Sequence record: SRR2962707_1170
Strand: one strand, 5' to 3'
Length of the DNA: 56,773 nt
The notes under the pieces were generated by a model. That model saw only the letters and a program-made list of their open reading frames with translations. It was not told the origin of the DNA and ran no database searches. Shown here in pieces: positions 28,566-38,080 of the stretch (position 1 is the first letter of the stretch; each line of letters starts with the position of its first letter). A program made the position numbers and the translations under genes.

Positions 28566-29336
28566 ATGAAACTAGTTGATTTGGCCCGGCCGTTGGAAAA
28601 TACAGAAAACGCCGACCCGCCCGGACTTGCGCCAAAGATTGCCTACATGGGCCACCAAGACACCCCGCAACAGATGCTTAGCTTCTTTCCGGGGGTGACG
28701 GCGGATCAGTTGCCCGGAGGGGAAGGTTGGGCTGTTGAGAGCGTGTCGCTGAGCACCCACAACGGCACCCACCTTGATGCGCCGTATCACTATCACTCAA
28801 CAATGGATGGCGGCCAACGTGCGATCACCATTGATGAAGTGCCATTGGAATGGTGCATGGGGCCGGGCGTCAAACTCGATTTCCGGCATTTTGGAAATGG
28901 CTATGTTGCCACGGCTCAGGATGTAGAAGACGAGCTTGCCCGCATAGGTCACACGCTGCGTGAGGGGGACATTGTGTTGGTCAACACGGCGGCGGCCGCC
29001 GCCTATGGCACGCCCGAATACGTATCAACCGGGTGTGGCATGGGGTTGGAGGCGACGGTGTATCTGACCAGTCGGGGCGTGCGTGTCACGGGCACGGATG
29101 CCTGGAGCTGGGACGCGCCCTTTACCGAAACGGCCAAACGCGTGGCCGAGACCGGGGATGCATCGCTTATTTGGGAGGGGCATCGCGCCGGAATGGTCCA
29201 CGGCTATTGCCATATGGAAAAGATGGCCGCGCTTGAAACACTGCCGTCGACCGGCTTCGAGGTGATCTGCTTTCCGGTCAAGGTCAAAGGGGGCAGTGCT
29301 GGTTGGTGCCGTCCTGTTGCTGTCATAAAGGAATAG
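28566..29336 (+). CDS. Cyclase family metal-dependent hydrolase (KynB/isatin-hydrolase-like)
   Basis: THNGTHLDAPYH (HxGTHxDxPxH) and GTDAWSWD. Confidence 0.88.
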   Translation: MKLVDLARPLENTENADPPGLAPKIAYMGHQDTPQQMLSFFPGVTADQLPGGEGWAVESVSLSTHNGTHLDAPYHYHSTMDGGQRAITIDEVPLEWCMGPGVKLDFRHFGNGYVATAQDVEDELARIGHTLREGDIVLVNTAAAAAYGTPEYVSTGCGMGLEATVYLTSRGVRVTGTDAWSWDAPFTETAKRVAETGDASLIWEGHRAGMVHGYCHMEKMAALETLPSTGFEVICFPVKVKGGSAGWCRPVAVIKE

Positions 29337-29339
29337 CTG

Positions 29340-29912
29340 ATGGAAATCGTAACTCGCGCAGGAAACCCGCCGGAACTTCAGTCGATGCCGCCTTTTCCTC
29401 GGCCCAAGATAAAGGCCGGAGAACCGGTTTGTTTTGCCTATCACGTGGTGGCTGAACCGGGAGAAGGTCAGCGTAAACAGGGGGTGATTTTAAGTCCCCG
29501 GCCGGACTATAGCAGTTGGGATGTGGTTTGCGACGAAGGGACGGGCATGGGCGGAGACGATACCGCGCCGTCGCCATTGGGCTATCTGATCATGGGGGTG
29601 GCCTTTTGTTTGCTGACGCATATTCAAGGCTACTTGCACAAGGCGCCGATGCAGATTGATAAGATTAAGGTCGAAATCCGCGCAGAATATGCGACTTTGC
29701 CACCGGATCCGCAAAACGGTGGGCAGGGTGTTGGCCGCTGCGATGCCTATAGCTGCCATGTTCTGGTGGACAGTCCGGAACCGGATGAAAAGATCCAGCA
29801 GTTGGTCGCAATTTGCCGCGATGCCTGCATGGCAATTGCAACGGTCGCCAATGCGGTCCCGACCAGCACCAAGGTTTTTGTGAACGGCGCGTCTGACGGT
29901 ATTTCCGTCTGA
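29340..29912 (+). CDS. OsmC/Ohr-like protein
   Basis: DEGTGMGGDDTAPSPLGYLIMGVAFC ... CRDACMAIATV. Confidence 0.75.
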   Translation: MEIVTRAGNPPELQSMPPFPRPKIKAGEPVCFAYHVVAEPGEGQRKQGVILSPRPDYSSWDVVCDEGTGMGGDDTAPSPLGYLIMGVAFCLLTHIQGYLHKAPMQIDKIKVEIRAEYATLPPDPQNGGQGVGRCDAYSCHVLVDSPEPDEKIQQLVAICRDACMAIATVANAVPTSTKVFVNGASDGISV

Positions 29913-29983
29913 AGCCAACACCGAAAGTAAGCGCTGTTGCCAAGCCGGGGGCCTTGGTGCGCGCCTGAACAGGAAGACAGCCA

Positions 29984-30964
29984 ATGAAATTTGTAACGCT
30001 TGCCGACGGGACACCGGACGGCCAACTTCACATCGTGTCCACGGATGGTCAGACGGTCGTGGCAGCGGAGAACGCCTCGAACCTGCAAGGGGCCATGGAA
30101 ACCTGGCGGGAAAATGCCCCGCTCTGGCAAAGCCAATACGAAGAGCTGAATGCGGGGCAGGCGCCAAACGCCAAACGGTTGACCGACAGAACAGCGTTGT
30201 CCCCACTGCCGCGGGCGTGGCAGTGGCTAGATGGTTCCGCCTTTGAGACCCACGCGCTTTTGCTGCAAAGGGCGTGGGGGCAACCCGTTGTTGGGCTGAA
30301 CGAGCGCCCGCTGATGTATCAAGGTCTGTCTGACCGATTCTTGCCGCCCACGGCCACAGCGTCTTTTCCTTCAGTAGAAGATGGGATCGATTTTGAAGGC
30401 GAATTCGGCGTTATTCTGGATGCCGTCCCAATAGGCACCACAGCTGAAAACGCCGGTAAATACATTCGCTTGATCGTGTTGATCAACGATTGGAGCCTTC
30501 GGGCGCTGGGACCGATCGAAATGGCGACGGGTTTTGGGTGGTTACAATGCAAGCCGGCTTGTTCTGTTGCGCCTTTCGCGGTTACCCCAGATGAGCTTGG
30601 TACGTCGTGGCGCGATTATCGGGTCTGCTTGCCACTGCAAGTCTCTGTGAATGGGAAGGAATTTGGCCGAGCCAGTGGCGAAGAAATGAAATTCGGCTTT
30701 CATGAGCTGATCGCCCATGCGGCCTATTCTCGTGATCTTCCTGCGGGCACGATTCTTGGCTCTGGCACAGTTTCGAATGCCGATTATGCCCGCGTTGGGT
30801 CAAGCTGTATCGCTGAGAAACGCGCAATTGAGACCGTCGAGCATGGCGAAGCCCAAACCTCGTTCTTGCAGCATGGCGATCAGGTCACGATGCGTTCCGA
30901 AACCGAAGCGGGTCGCAACCTATTTGGTGATATTTCCCAGTCGGTTGCCATTCTTGAAGGGTAG
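29984..30964 (+). CDS. Fumarylacetoacetate hydrolase family protein
   Basis: PLPRAWQWLDGSAF, IDFEGE, NDWSLR, VTPDELG and GTILGSGTVSN. Confidence 0.9.
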   Translation: MKFVTLADGTPDGQLHIVSTDGQTVVAAENASNLQGAMETWRENAPLWQSQYEELNAGQAPNAKRLTDRTALSPLPRAWQWLDGSAFETHALLLQRAWGQPVVGLNERPLMYQGLSDRFLPPTATASFPSVEDGIDFEGEFGVILDAVPIGTTAENAGKYIRLIVLINDWSLRALGPIEMATGFGWLQCKPACSVAPFAVTPDELGTSWRDYRVCLPLQVSVNGKEFGRASGEEMKFGFHELIAHAAYSRDLPAGTILGSGTVSNADYARVGSSCIAEKRAIETVEHGEAQTSFLQHGDQVTMRSETEAGRNLFGDISQSVAILEG

Positions 30965-31021
30965 GCCGCTTGATGGGGGCGGGGATGGCAATCCCGGCTC
31001 CCTCTGATCGGCACTGCTAAA

Positions 31022-31354
31022 TTATCCGTCTTGAAGCAGCGCTTTTTGGATTTCGTCATCCCAACCAAGGTAGTATTTGTCCTGATCCCGGATAACCGGG
31101 CGGGCCATTACCTTGGGCTTTGCTGCGATTTGGGCTTCCGCTTCTGAGTTCTTTAGCCAGTCGTTAAGCGCGCGGAAATCGTTCGATTTCCGATCAACAA
31201 GCCGATCGCCAAACTCTACGATCAATTCATCAATTTCCTGCTCGCTCAGCGGTTCTGCTCTGACGTCGCGAAAGTGAACCTCAATCCCGTGGCTTTCCAA
31301 CGTCTTGCGGGCCCTTTGGCAAATCGCGCAAGTGCTCAATCCATAGATCATCAT
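31022..31354 (-). CDS. ArsC/Spx/YffB family protein
   Basis: IYGLSTCAICQRARK, DVRAEPL and PKVMARPVI. Confidence 0.85.
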   Translation of the reverse strand: MMIYGLSTCAICQRARKTLESHGIEVHFRDVRAEPLSEQEIDELIVEFGDRLVDRKSNDFRALNDWLKNSEAEAQIAAKPKVMARPVIRDQDKYYLGWDDEIQKALLQDG

Positions 31355-31657
31355 GTCGCAATCTCCTTTGGCGATAGCCTGCCAACCTCAGGCATCCGGG
31401 GGGTAAACGCAACCAAGTGCGCAGATGCCGATGGGTGAAGGCCCTGATACCGAACCCAAGAGACCTTATGCCCAGTGTTGGACCGGGGCCGGAAAGCTTC
31501 GACGTCGGCAATGGCAGTGTGGCAGTGTCGTTAGTGTCCAGCGGGGTGGATACCCAGCAATCAATCGTCGGTTTCTTGGGATCGCCACGGTCATAAATGC
31601 CACCGTCTTCTGTTCGTTCTGATTGTGTCTTTATGCCGACGATGTACTGTCTGGCGG

Positions 31658-32083
31658 ATGACACAAAGATACACAGGAAGATGCCTTTGCGGTGATGTTA
31701 CCTATTCCGCAATTGGGCGGCCCATCGTCGTCGCTCTATGTCATTGCGTCGAGTGTCGACGCGTGACCGGAACGGGTCATGCTGTGGGAGCGATGTTCGC
31801 ATCAGACGCGGTAGATGTAAGCGGTGAATTGAGCGAATTCACATATGTATCCGCCAAGGACTCTGAAGTTACCAAAGCGTTCTGCGCAAAATGCGGTAGC
31901 CCAGTCTATGGTAAGAACACGCGATCACCAAATTTCCTAACGCTGACTCTTGGCTCGATGGACGATGCAACGGGATTGGATGTGGAGGTTGTGATTTTTG
32001 AGCGGGACAAACCACATTGGGACTGTCTTGGTGAGAATGTTGTTTCTTTCGCGACACAACCGGATTGGCAGCCTGAACCATAG
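31658..32083 (+). CDS. GFA (CENP-V) family zinc protein
   Basis: GRCLCGDV, CHCVECRR and FCAKCGSP. Confidence 0.88.
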   Translation: MTQRYTGRCLCGDVTYSAIGRPIVVALCHCVECRRVTGTGHAVGAMFASDAVDVSGELSEFTYVSAKDSEVTKAFCAKCGSPVYGKNTRSPNFLTLTLGSMDDATGLDVEVVIFERDKPHWDCLGENVVSFATQPDWQPEP

Positions 32084-32347
32084 GATGTTCGAAAAACTTG
32101 CTTTTTCGGTGATCAGGAAAAGCCCTGTATATAGTCGCAAGAACCGTGTTGCACCGTTCTTTTCGAAAGGTTTTTCAAACATCAGAATCGTCTCCGGATT
32201 CGGATGGCTCAGAGTTGACTCCTTGTGCAAAATCCGTGCCCTCTTGTGCACGGGATAAAGGGGGCATAGTTTTCGCGCTTTCTTGTCTATGCGAACTGGG
32301 CCGCTGTGGCATTTCTTCGCGTGTGGCATATGTCGGAAGCACAGGGT

Positions 32348-32800
32348 TCATTCATTCCCTGTGAGCCAGCGACGTCCGTTCTGTTCTACCTTCTGTAAGA
32401 GATCAAATAGCTGGTCTTGCTCTTCGTCGGTCAAGTCAGACAGCATGGCATCGTTGACCTGTTGGTAGATTGCCTGCAAGTGACGAAGCTTTTCGCCTTT
32501 CTCACTGACATCGACAATGACAGCGCGGCGATCGTGGCTGTCTGGTACGCGTTCCAAGAGGCCACCCGATACCATCCGATCAACGATCCGCGAGGTGGCC
32601 GGAGGCGCATTTCCTGTCAGCTTGGCCAGCTCCTTTACTCCCATTTTGCCATTTCGCCAGATCGAAGACAAAACCGCCCATTGCGCCAGTGTCAGATCAA
32701 AGGGTTCTAGCAGTCGGGTGCAGACCGCGCTGCTGACGCCTGCACTGAAATTTAATTGCCGACCAACGGATTTCGGGACTGCATAGGTTTTCGGTGCCAT
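32348..32800 (-). CDS. MarR family regulator
   Basis: LTLAQWAVL, SRIVDRMVSGGLLERVPDSHDRRAVIVDVSEKG. Start is 32800 or 32815; the ORF-track extension to 33088 overlaps the divergent gene. Confidence 0.9.
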   Translation of the reverse strand: MAPKTYAVPKSVGRQLNFSAGVSSAVCTRLLEPFDLTLAQWAVLSSIWRNGKMGVKELAKLTGNAPPATSRIVDRMVSGGLLERVPDSHDRRAVIVDVSEKGEKLRHLQAIYQQVNDAMLSDLTDEEQDQLFDLLQKVEQNGRRWLTGNE

Positions 32801-32870
32801 GTTATTAATTGCCATGTAATCTATTTGTGTGTAACTTAAGTTTAGCAAATGATTCTTGTGAGGGAAACCC

Positions 32871-33374
32871 ATGAAACTACTTTCGAATTCCATCTGTGCG
32901 GCGTGCTGTCTTGCCCTTTTGCCGCTTGGGGCTACTGGGGAAACCAATGACGTATCTGACGTTGAAGGTCGGGCCGTGGGCGAAACAATTTTTTTGTCTA
33001 TCGATACGGCGACCCGGGGCATGATCCATTTGGGGGACCTTGAGGAATTTCGTGCATCGGTTTTCGCGGGCATGGATTTTAACGACAACGGTAACGTTAC
33101 TTACGAAGAGTTTTCTGTTTGGGATCCCGGGTTTGCCCCAATCGCCGAAAACGTGGGACGGGGCGACGCCTATACGACTGCGTCTAAAATCGTCTTTGCT
33201 TTCTGGGATTTGAATGGCGATGGCGATCTAACGCAGCGCGAGATGCGCCTCGCGATGAATTCTGACTTCCGCCGCGCCGATCTGAGCAATGACGGTTTGC
33301 TCACCCAAGACGAATTCATTGGCGGGTTCCCCATCATGGTCGCCATGCGCGCCGCAATCCGCCCGGACCTTTGA
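32871..33374 (+). CDS. Secreted EF-hand protein
   Basis: Signal-like N-terminus; loops DFNDNGNVTYEEF, DLNGDGDLTQREM and DLSNDGLLTQDEF. Confidence 0.82.
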   Translation: MKLLSNSICAACCLALLPLGATGETNDVSDVEGRAVGETIFLSIDTATRGMIHLGDLEEFRASVFAGMDFNDNGNVTYEEFSVWDPGFAPIAENVGRGDAYTTASKIVFAFWDLNGDGDLTQREMRLAMNSDFRRADLSNDGLLTQDEFIGGFPIMVAMRAAIRPDL

Positions 33375-33400
33375 GCCGATCGTATACTGAGGAGAACGTT

Positions 33401-33928
33401 ATGAAAAGTTCAGAACAAAAATACGGAACCGGCGCTGTCATGATACATTGGATGAGCGCCATTTTGATTGTCGTCCTGATAGGAAGCGGTTTCCGATCTG
33501 GCTTTGCTGAGGATGCAGTGACCAAGGCTGCGGCCCTTAGAATACATGTGCCTGTCGCGATTTTGGTGCTTTTGTTGACTCTCACCCGCGTGTTCTGGTG
33601 GTGGCGCTTTGACAAAAAGCCGTCTCCGCTTCCCTCGGTGCCAGAATGGCAGGATAAGATTGCGCATTGGACGCACCGTGCATTGTACCTATTATTGTTT
33701 TTGATGCTGGCCAGCGGTATCGCGATGTCCGCGATGTCAGGATTGCCGGACGCCCTTTTCGGCACAGCTGAGCTTCCGCTATTCGATGCCCTTCCGCCGC
33801 GCGCGGGGCATGGCATAGGGGCACGCCTGCTCGCCGCGCTCATTGTCCTGCATGCAGGTGCCGCGCTCTATCACCATCTTTTGCTCAAGGATGCCACGTT
33901 AAAGCGTATGTGGTTCGGTCGGCAGTAA
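33401..33928 (+). CDS. Cytochrome b561 (CybB/YceJ family)
   Basis: Heme-ligand His residues in IHWMSA, RIHVP, WTHRALY, AGHGIG and VLHAGAALYHH; GAGGAG RBS before ATG 33401. Confidence 0.88.
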   Translation: MKSSEQKYGTGAVMIHWMSAILIVVLIGSGFRSGFAEDAVTKAAALRIHVPVAILVLLLTLTRVFWWWRFDKKPSPLPSVPEWQDKIAHWTHRALYLLLFLMLASGIAMSAMSGLPDALFGTAELPLFDALPPRAGHGIGARLLAALIVLHAGAALYHHLLLKDATLKRMWFGRQ

Positions 33929-33995
33929 CCATTCTTATCATGGCCGGTGTCACAGGTATGCCCGATAGAAATTCCGTGCAAAAAAGGCGCTAGGA

Positions 33996-35777
33996 TCAAT
34001 GGGTATTTGGCGCAGACCGCCGTGCGGCATCGGCCATGATGGGGATCAGCTTTTCCGGTTTTTGATACATCAAAGCCAAACCAGTTTTGGGGATCACTTC
34101 AATCGACATCCACGGATAGGCCGCCTGAAATTTGGGGATCAAGCCCAGATCCAATGTCGGGTCTTCTTCTGCAAGAAAGAGCTGCACGGGAATATTGCGT
34201 GTCGCCAAAAGACGGTCGCTCCAACCCTCTTGGAAGGCAATATATTCCAAAGCAAACGCCTGTGCGGCGTTTGTGGCTTCGCCTGCCATTAAACTGATAT
34301 TGGCTACCAGAATTTGCCGCATTTCTTCGGTTTCCAGAAGGGCTAGATCAGAGGGCGACTCTTTGCACAACTGGCGCAGCATCGCTTCGGGTCCGATCCG
34401 TTTACACATTGCCATGACCGCCTTTGACGCAAATTGCGCCAGATGGGGTGCATTGCGTGCCGTGGACACAAAGAACTTTTGCCAGCGACCAGAGCCGTCG
34501 ATTGGTTTGCCCCCTGGCAGGCAGGGACTAGCGCCAATCCCAATCAGCTCTGAAATGCGTTCGGGGCGTTTTGCGATCATATCGGCTGCCAAAGGGAAAT
34601 CCGAACCTTGTACGACGTAAGGTAGCCTTGAAATTTCAAGACTATCTATAAGCAATTCAGCGTCGTTACGTATAGCTTCAAAAGGGTCTTCCTTGGGGGT
34701 CAGCTTGTCACTATGGCCATATCCAGCGCGTACGGGGCAGATGACACGCAAGTTGTTTTCGTAGGTCAACCTGATCATAGAACGTGACCAGCGCACCATG
34801 CACGAACCCATATGGGAGAACAGAACTGGATTCCCACCGGGCGGCCCCATGTCGTGGTAGGTGAGCGTTCTGCCGTCCGTAACCGTCAGAGATTTAAATG
34901 GTTTCCAAACTTCCGTTTCAAGCCAGTTCTTGGACAATCCGGGCCTTGCAAGTTCAACAACGTCTTCCTGATCGGCACCTTTGGGAAACTCACCCAGAGT
35001 CATGACGAGCCGCACGATATCCGTCTGGGAGCGCAAGTTCATCTTCCCAATGATTGACTTTATCTGTCCCCGAACCGTGCCCTCGCTGGTCTGACGTTTG
35101 ACGGCGATTGACTTGGTATCTTCACCTTCAATCAGCAGACGGACCACGTTTTGCTCAGCAATTGTAAGCTGGAAAACATTCCCCAAAAGAGCGCCAATTT
35201 CCTTGCTCCAATGGAATTGCGTAGAGACAATAAGTGCGGCAGGGCCGTCTTCAAGAACTTCGGAAACATGTAAGATGCGAAACAACATGGCACCTTGCTT
35301 GGTCGCCAAGTCTGCTCTGAGGATCCTTTCAGAATTTTCTGGTTTAATCAGAACGTCTTGCGTTGTTCGAATGAGGGCAGCCCGCATTTCGACCGGCAGG
35401 TTCAATTTCTCCAGGTTATCCCCAACTTTTACGCCAAATTTCGACTTTGCACCCGAATTGGAAGCCTCGATGACAAGCGAGCCTTTGACGACAAAGGCCG
35501 CAAGATTGCCGTATGGCTCAAGATAATCTTCCAGCTTCGGGCGTACCTTTTCACCCCGTTGGAGGATCACCTGCGCACGCTCTAGATGATTGGCAAAGAA
35601 CTTGTCAAACTCACCAGGCTTGCCGTGCGGGGACTCAAAAAATTCTTGGCCCAGACCTGTGTCGTGCCAAAGCTCGATAAAGCCATCGAGGGACGAGGGC
35701 TCTAACGCTATTTCGTAGATTTGGTCGACAATCAGATCGCGGTCGGAGCTCAGAGCATGAGTGTCTTGTGTTTTCAC
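33996..35777 (-). CDS. LuxR-type HTH / alpha-beta hydrolase fusion regulator
   Basis: Central HTH FQLTIAEQNVVRLL...SIAVKRQTSEGTVRGQIKSIIGK; C-terminal hydrolase fold (DGRTLTYHDMG, RAGYGHSD). Confidence 0.82.
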   Translation of the reverse strand: MKTQDTHALSSDRDLIVDQIYEIALEPSSLDGFIELWHDTGLGQEFFESPHGKPGEFDKFFANHLERAQVILQRGEKVRPKLEDYLEPYGNLAAFVVKGSLVIEASNSGAKSKFGVKVGDNLEKLNLPVEMRAALIRTTQDVLIKPENSERILRADLATKQGAMLFRILHVSEVLEDGPAALIVSTQFHWSKEIGALLGNVFQLTIAEQNVVRLLIEGEDTKSIAVKRQTSEGTVRGQIKSIIGKMNLRSQTDIVRLVMTLGEFPKGADQEDVVELARPGLSKNWLETEVWKPFKSLTVTDGRTLTYHDMGPPGGNPVLFSHMGSCMVRWSRSMIRLTYENNLRVICPVRAGYGHSDKLTPKEDPFEAIRNDAELLIDSLEISRLPYVVQGSDFPLAADMIAKRPERISELIGIGASPCLPGGKPIDGSGRWQKFFVSTARNAPHLAQFASKAVMAMCKRIGPEAMLRQLCKESPSDLALLETEEMRQILVANISLMAGEATNAAQAFALEYIAFQEGWSDRLLATRNIPVQLFLAEEDPTLDLGLIPKFQAAYPWMSIEVIPKTGLALMYQKPEKLIPIMADAARRSAPNTH

Positions 35778-35935
35778 AGGCGCTTGCCCCTTCCTTTTTG
35801 GTCCAATATCCCGCTTTCGTCTAGGAATAGAGGATGGCCGAAATTTAGATGTAGACTAAATGCATTTTAAGGAAACAAAAAATTTTGGTTCCAGTGTGCC
35901 CTTGAATAAGAGGCAGCACCTGGGATTTTGCAGAC

Positions 35936-36550
35936 TTAAACAAAGGCCATCCAGGCACCTCCGAGGACAAGAAGGCTGGCCAATCCGCGGTTAAAGAACT
36001 GCGCCGTTTTGGGCTCGCGGACCAGTCGGCTTAACTGAATGGCTAAGCCTATGATGATAACCGATCCCGTTGCTAACGCGCAAAATGTGACCACGGAAAG
36101 GATCAGAAATTCTGGTAATTCGATCGTTGTGATGTCCATCATGCTTGGCAACACCAAAGGAAACAGGATCATCATGTAGGGAGAGATGAAGCAGGTCATG
36201 ACGCCTGCGCAAATCGACGACAATAACGAAGCGCGGTTTAAGACCGGCTTGTCCGACATGTCAAAGTCACTATGCCAAACACCATAGGCCAGCCACAGAA
36301 TATAGGCCATCATCACGTAGTTACTGTATTCCAAGACCTCTGGAACCGGCGTCAGCCATGTTCCAAGGCCAAAACAAACGATGGAAATTATTAGTAACCC
36401 GCCAAGCGCATAGCCAAGTGCAAAGCCTAGCGCCCCTGCGACATCCTTACTTGCTGATCTGACGATCAGCATCAAAACAACGGGGCCCGGGGCAAGTGCG
36501 ATTGCGACGAGCGTGATAAAATAGGATGAAATATCGCCGATGGTCATCAC
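35936..36550 (-). CDS. LysE/RhtB family exporter
   Basis: ALAPGPVVLML motif; six TM segments. Confidence 0.85.
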   Translation of the reverse strand: MMTIGDISSYFITLVAIALAPGPVVLMLIVRSASKDVAGALGFALGYALGGLLIISIVCFGLGTWLTPVPEVLEYSNYVMMAYILWLAYGVWHSDFDMSDKPVLNRASLLSSICAGVMTCFISPYMMILFPLVLPSMMDITTIELPEFLILSVVTFCALATGSVIIIGLAIQLSRLVREPKTAQFFNRGLASLLVLGGAWMAFV

Positions 36551-36867
36551 AGTGTATCCTGCTCAGCCCAAAGTGAGACGGGTTTTGTCGGCTTGTACGT
36601 CGGACGGCGCAGCCGCTTGACCAACCCAAAAAGGCCGATGCCGATCCAGCTGCCCTGAATAAGGGCAGAGGACAAATTGAATTCCGCAATAAGGCTGACG
36701 GCTACCAAAGAGGCCGCGATTACGTTGCAAATTGTGTAATAGACACCGTTTCCATCAATCCAACCAAATTGGATTCCACTGAACGAAACCATATAGACCA
36801 GGAAGCCCAGGACCCCGATCAGTTGAAGCGGACCAATTCCGCTAAAGTACTGAAACAGCTCAGTCAT
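36547..36867 (-). CDS. Small membrane protein (CBU_0592-like)
   Basis: IGVLGFLVYMVSF...YTICNVIAASLVAVSLIAEFNLSSALIQGSWIGIG; overlaps the lysE start. Confidence 0.7.
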   Translation of the reverse strand: MTELFQYFSGIGPLQLIGVLGFLVYMVSFSGIQFGWIDGNGVYYTICNVIAASLVAVSLIAEFNLSSALIQGSWIGIGLFGLVKRLRRPTYKPTKPVSLWAEQDTL

Positions 36868-37315
36868 ATTTTCCCCCGTTGTTGAGCTTTCGGGGTAGGG
36901 AACTTGTCCGATTTCAGCACCTCCCAAATGGGGGGCGGGCTAACTGAAATCAAGTTTACGTGGGGGAAGGTTTTCCAGAAAAGAGCACAGGAAGCGGGTG
37001 AAGACAGGGGCGTCTACGGCTAATCAACAACTTGGTTTTCGACGTTCCCGCCAAGCTTCTGGTACAGAATACGCTCAAAAAGAGAGCCAACCAAGTCTTT
37101 GTTCACAGCATCTTTTCCAGCAATAAAACGCCTTGGCGGCGGGATGAAATCAGGCGATACCGAGGGCGGTTCGAACAGTGTTTTCGCTGCGGTGCAGCGT
37201 TCTCTCGTTCGTCTTCCAAATGGGTTGCGCCAATCGGGAGCCAAGAAAACATTTAGTTGACTCACATGTTTCATTCACTAACGTGAATTCGTGAATGTAA
37301 TATTGGGCACCAGAA

Positions 37316-38056
37316 ATGCTTAACCTTTTTGTCGGCAAGACACGTGGAAATTTGAATTGGGCAGCAGTGCTGATTGCCTTCTTTGTCGTTGGTCTCAAGT
37401 GCAATGACGCTTGGGCCAGTGAAATCGGTGACCCTGAAAAAGGAGCGGCCGTTTTTGCCAAGTGCAAGGCCTGCCATCAGGTTGGAGAAGGGGCTTCCAA
37501 CAGGGTTGGCCCACATCTGAACGGCGTGTTTGGGCGCAGGGCTGGATCAATTGATGGGTTCAAGTATTCGACGTCGATGCTCCGCGCCGGTGCGGATGAG
37601 CTGATTTGGACGCACGACACTCTGGATGCGTTTATTGAAAACCCAAAGTCACTCGTTTCGAAATCTCGGATGAGCTTTCGAGGTTTAAAGGATGATACCG
37701 ATCGCGCCAATTTGCTGGCGTATCTGCGACTCTATTCTGACAACCCGTCGGATATTCCAGAAGCCGAACCGACGGCGGAAGGGACAGATCATGATCTGGA
37801 TCCGGAGATTTTGGCGATCCAAGGCGATCCAGAATACGGCGAATACTTATCAAGCGAATGCACAACCTGCCATCTTGTAGATGGCGGGAATGAGGGCATT
37901 CCGTCGATCACACAATGGCCGGAAGAGGACTTTGTGGTCGCTATGCATTCTTACAAACGCAAACTGAGGCCACACCCCGTTATGCAAATGATGGCCGGGC
38001 GTTTGAATGACGACGAAATCGCTGCGCTGGCGGCTTTTTTTGCGTCATTGGAATAA
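37316..38056 (+). CDS. soxE: Diheme cytochrome c subunit SoxE/FccA
   Basis: CKACH (cytochrome c2-like, NRVGPHLNGVFGR) and CTTCH; directly upstream of soxF. Confidence 0.85.
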   Translation: MLNLFVGKTRGNLNWAAVLIAFFVVGLKCNDAWASEIGDPEKGAAVFAKCKACHQVGEGASNRVGPHLNGVFGRRAGSIDGFKYSTSMLRAGADELIWTHDTLDAFIENPKSLVSKSRMSFRGLKDDTDRANLLAYLRLYSDNPSDIPEAEPTAEGTDHDLDPEILAIQGDPEYGEYLSSECTTCHLVDGGNEGIPSITQWPEEDFVVAMHSYKRKLRPHPVMQMMAGRLNDDEIAALAAFFASLE

Positions 38057-38080
38057 TCAAAATAATAGGGAGGAAGACAC

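Noticed and set aside
29490-30206. 238-aa minus-strand ORF
   Set aside because: Antisense to the OsmC-like and FAH genes, with Arg/Pro-rich shadow composition.
31355-31657. 300-bp gap between arsC-like and GFA genes as a possible sRNA
   Set aside because: No recognisable RNA family, terminator or repeat could be supported by eye.
32816-33088. N-terminal extension of MarR to 246 aa
   Set aside because: It overlaps the divergent EF-hand gene, and the MarR domain begins near 32800.
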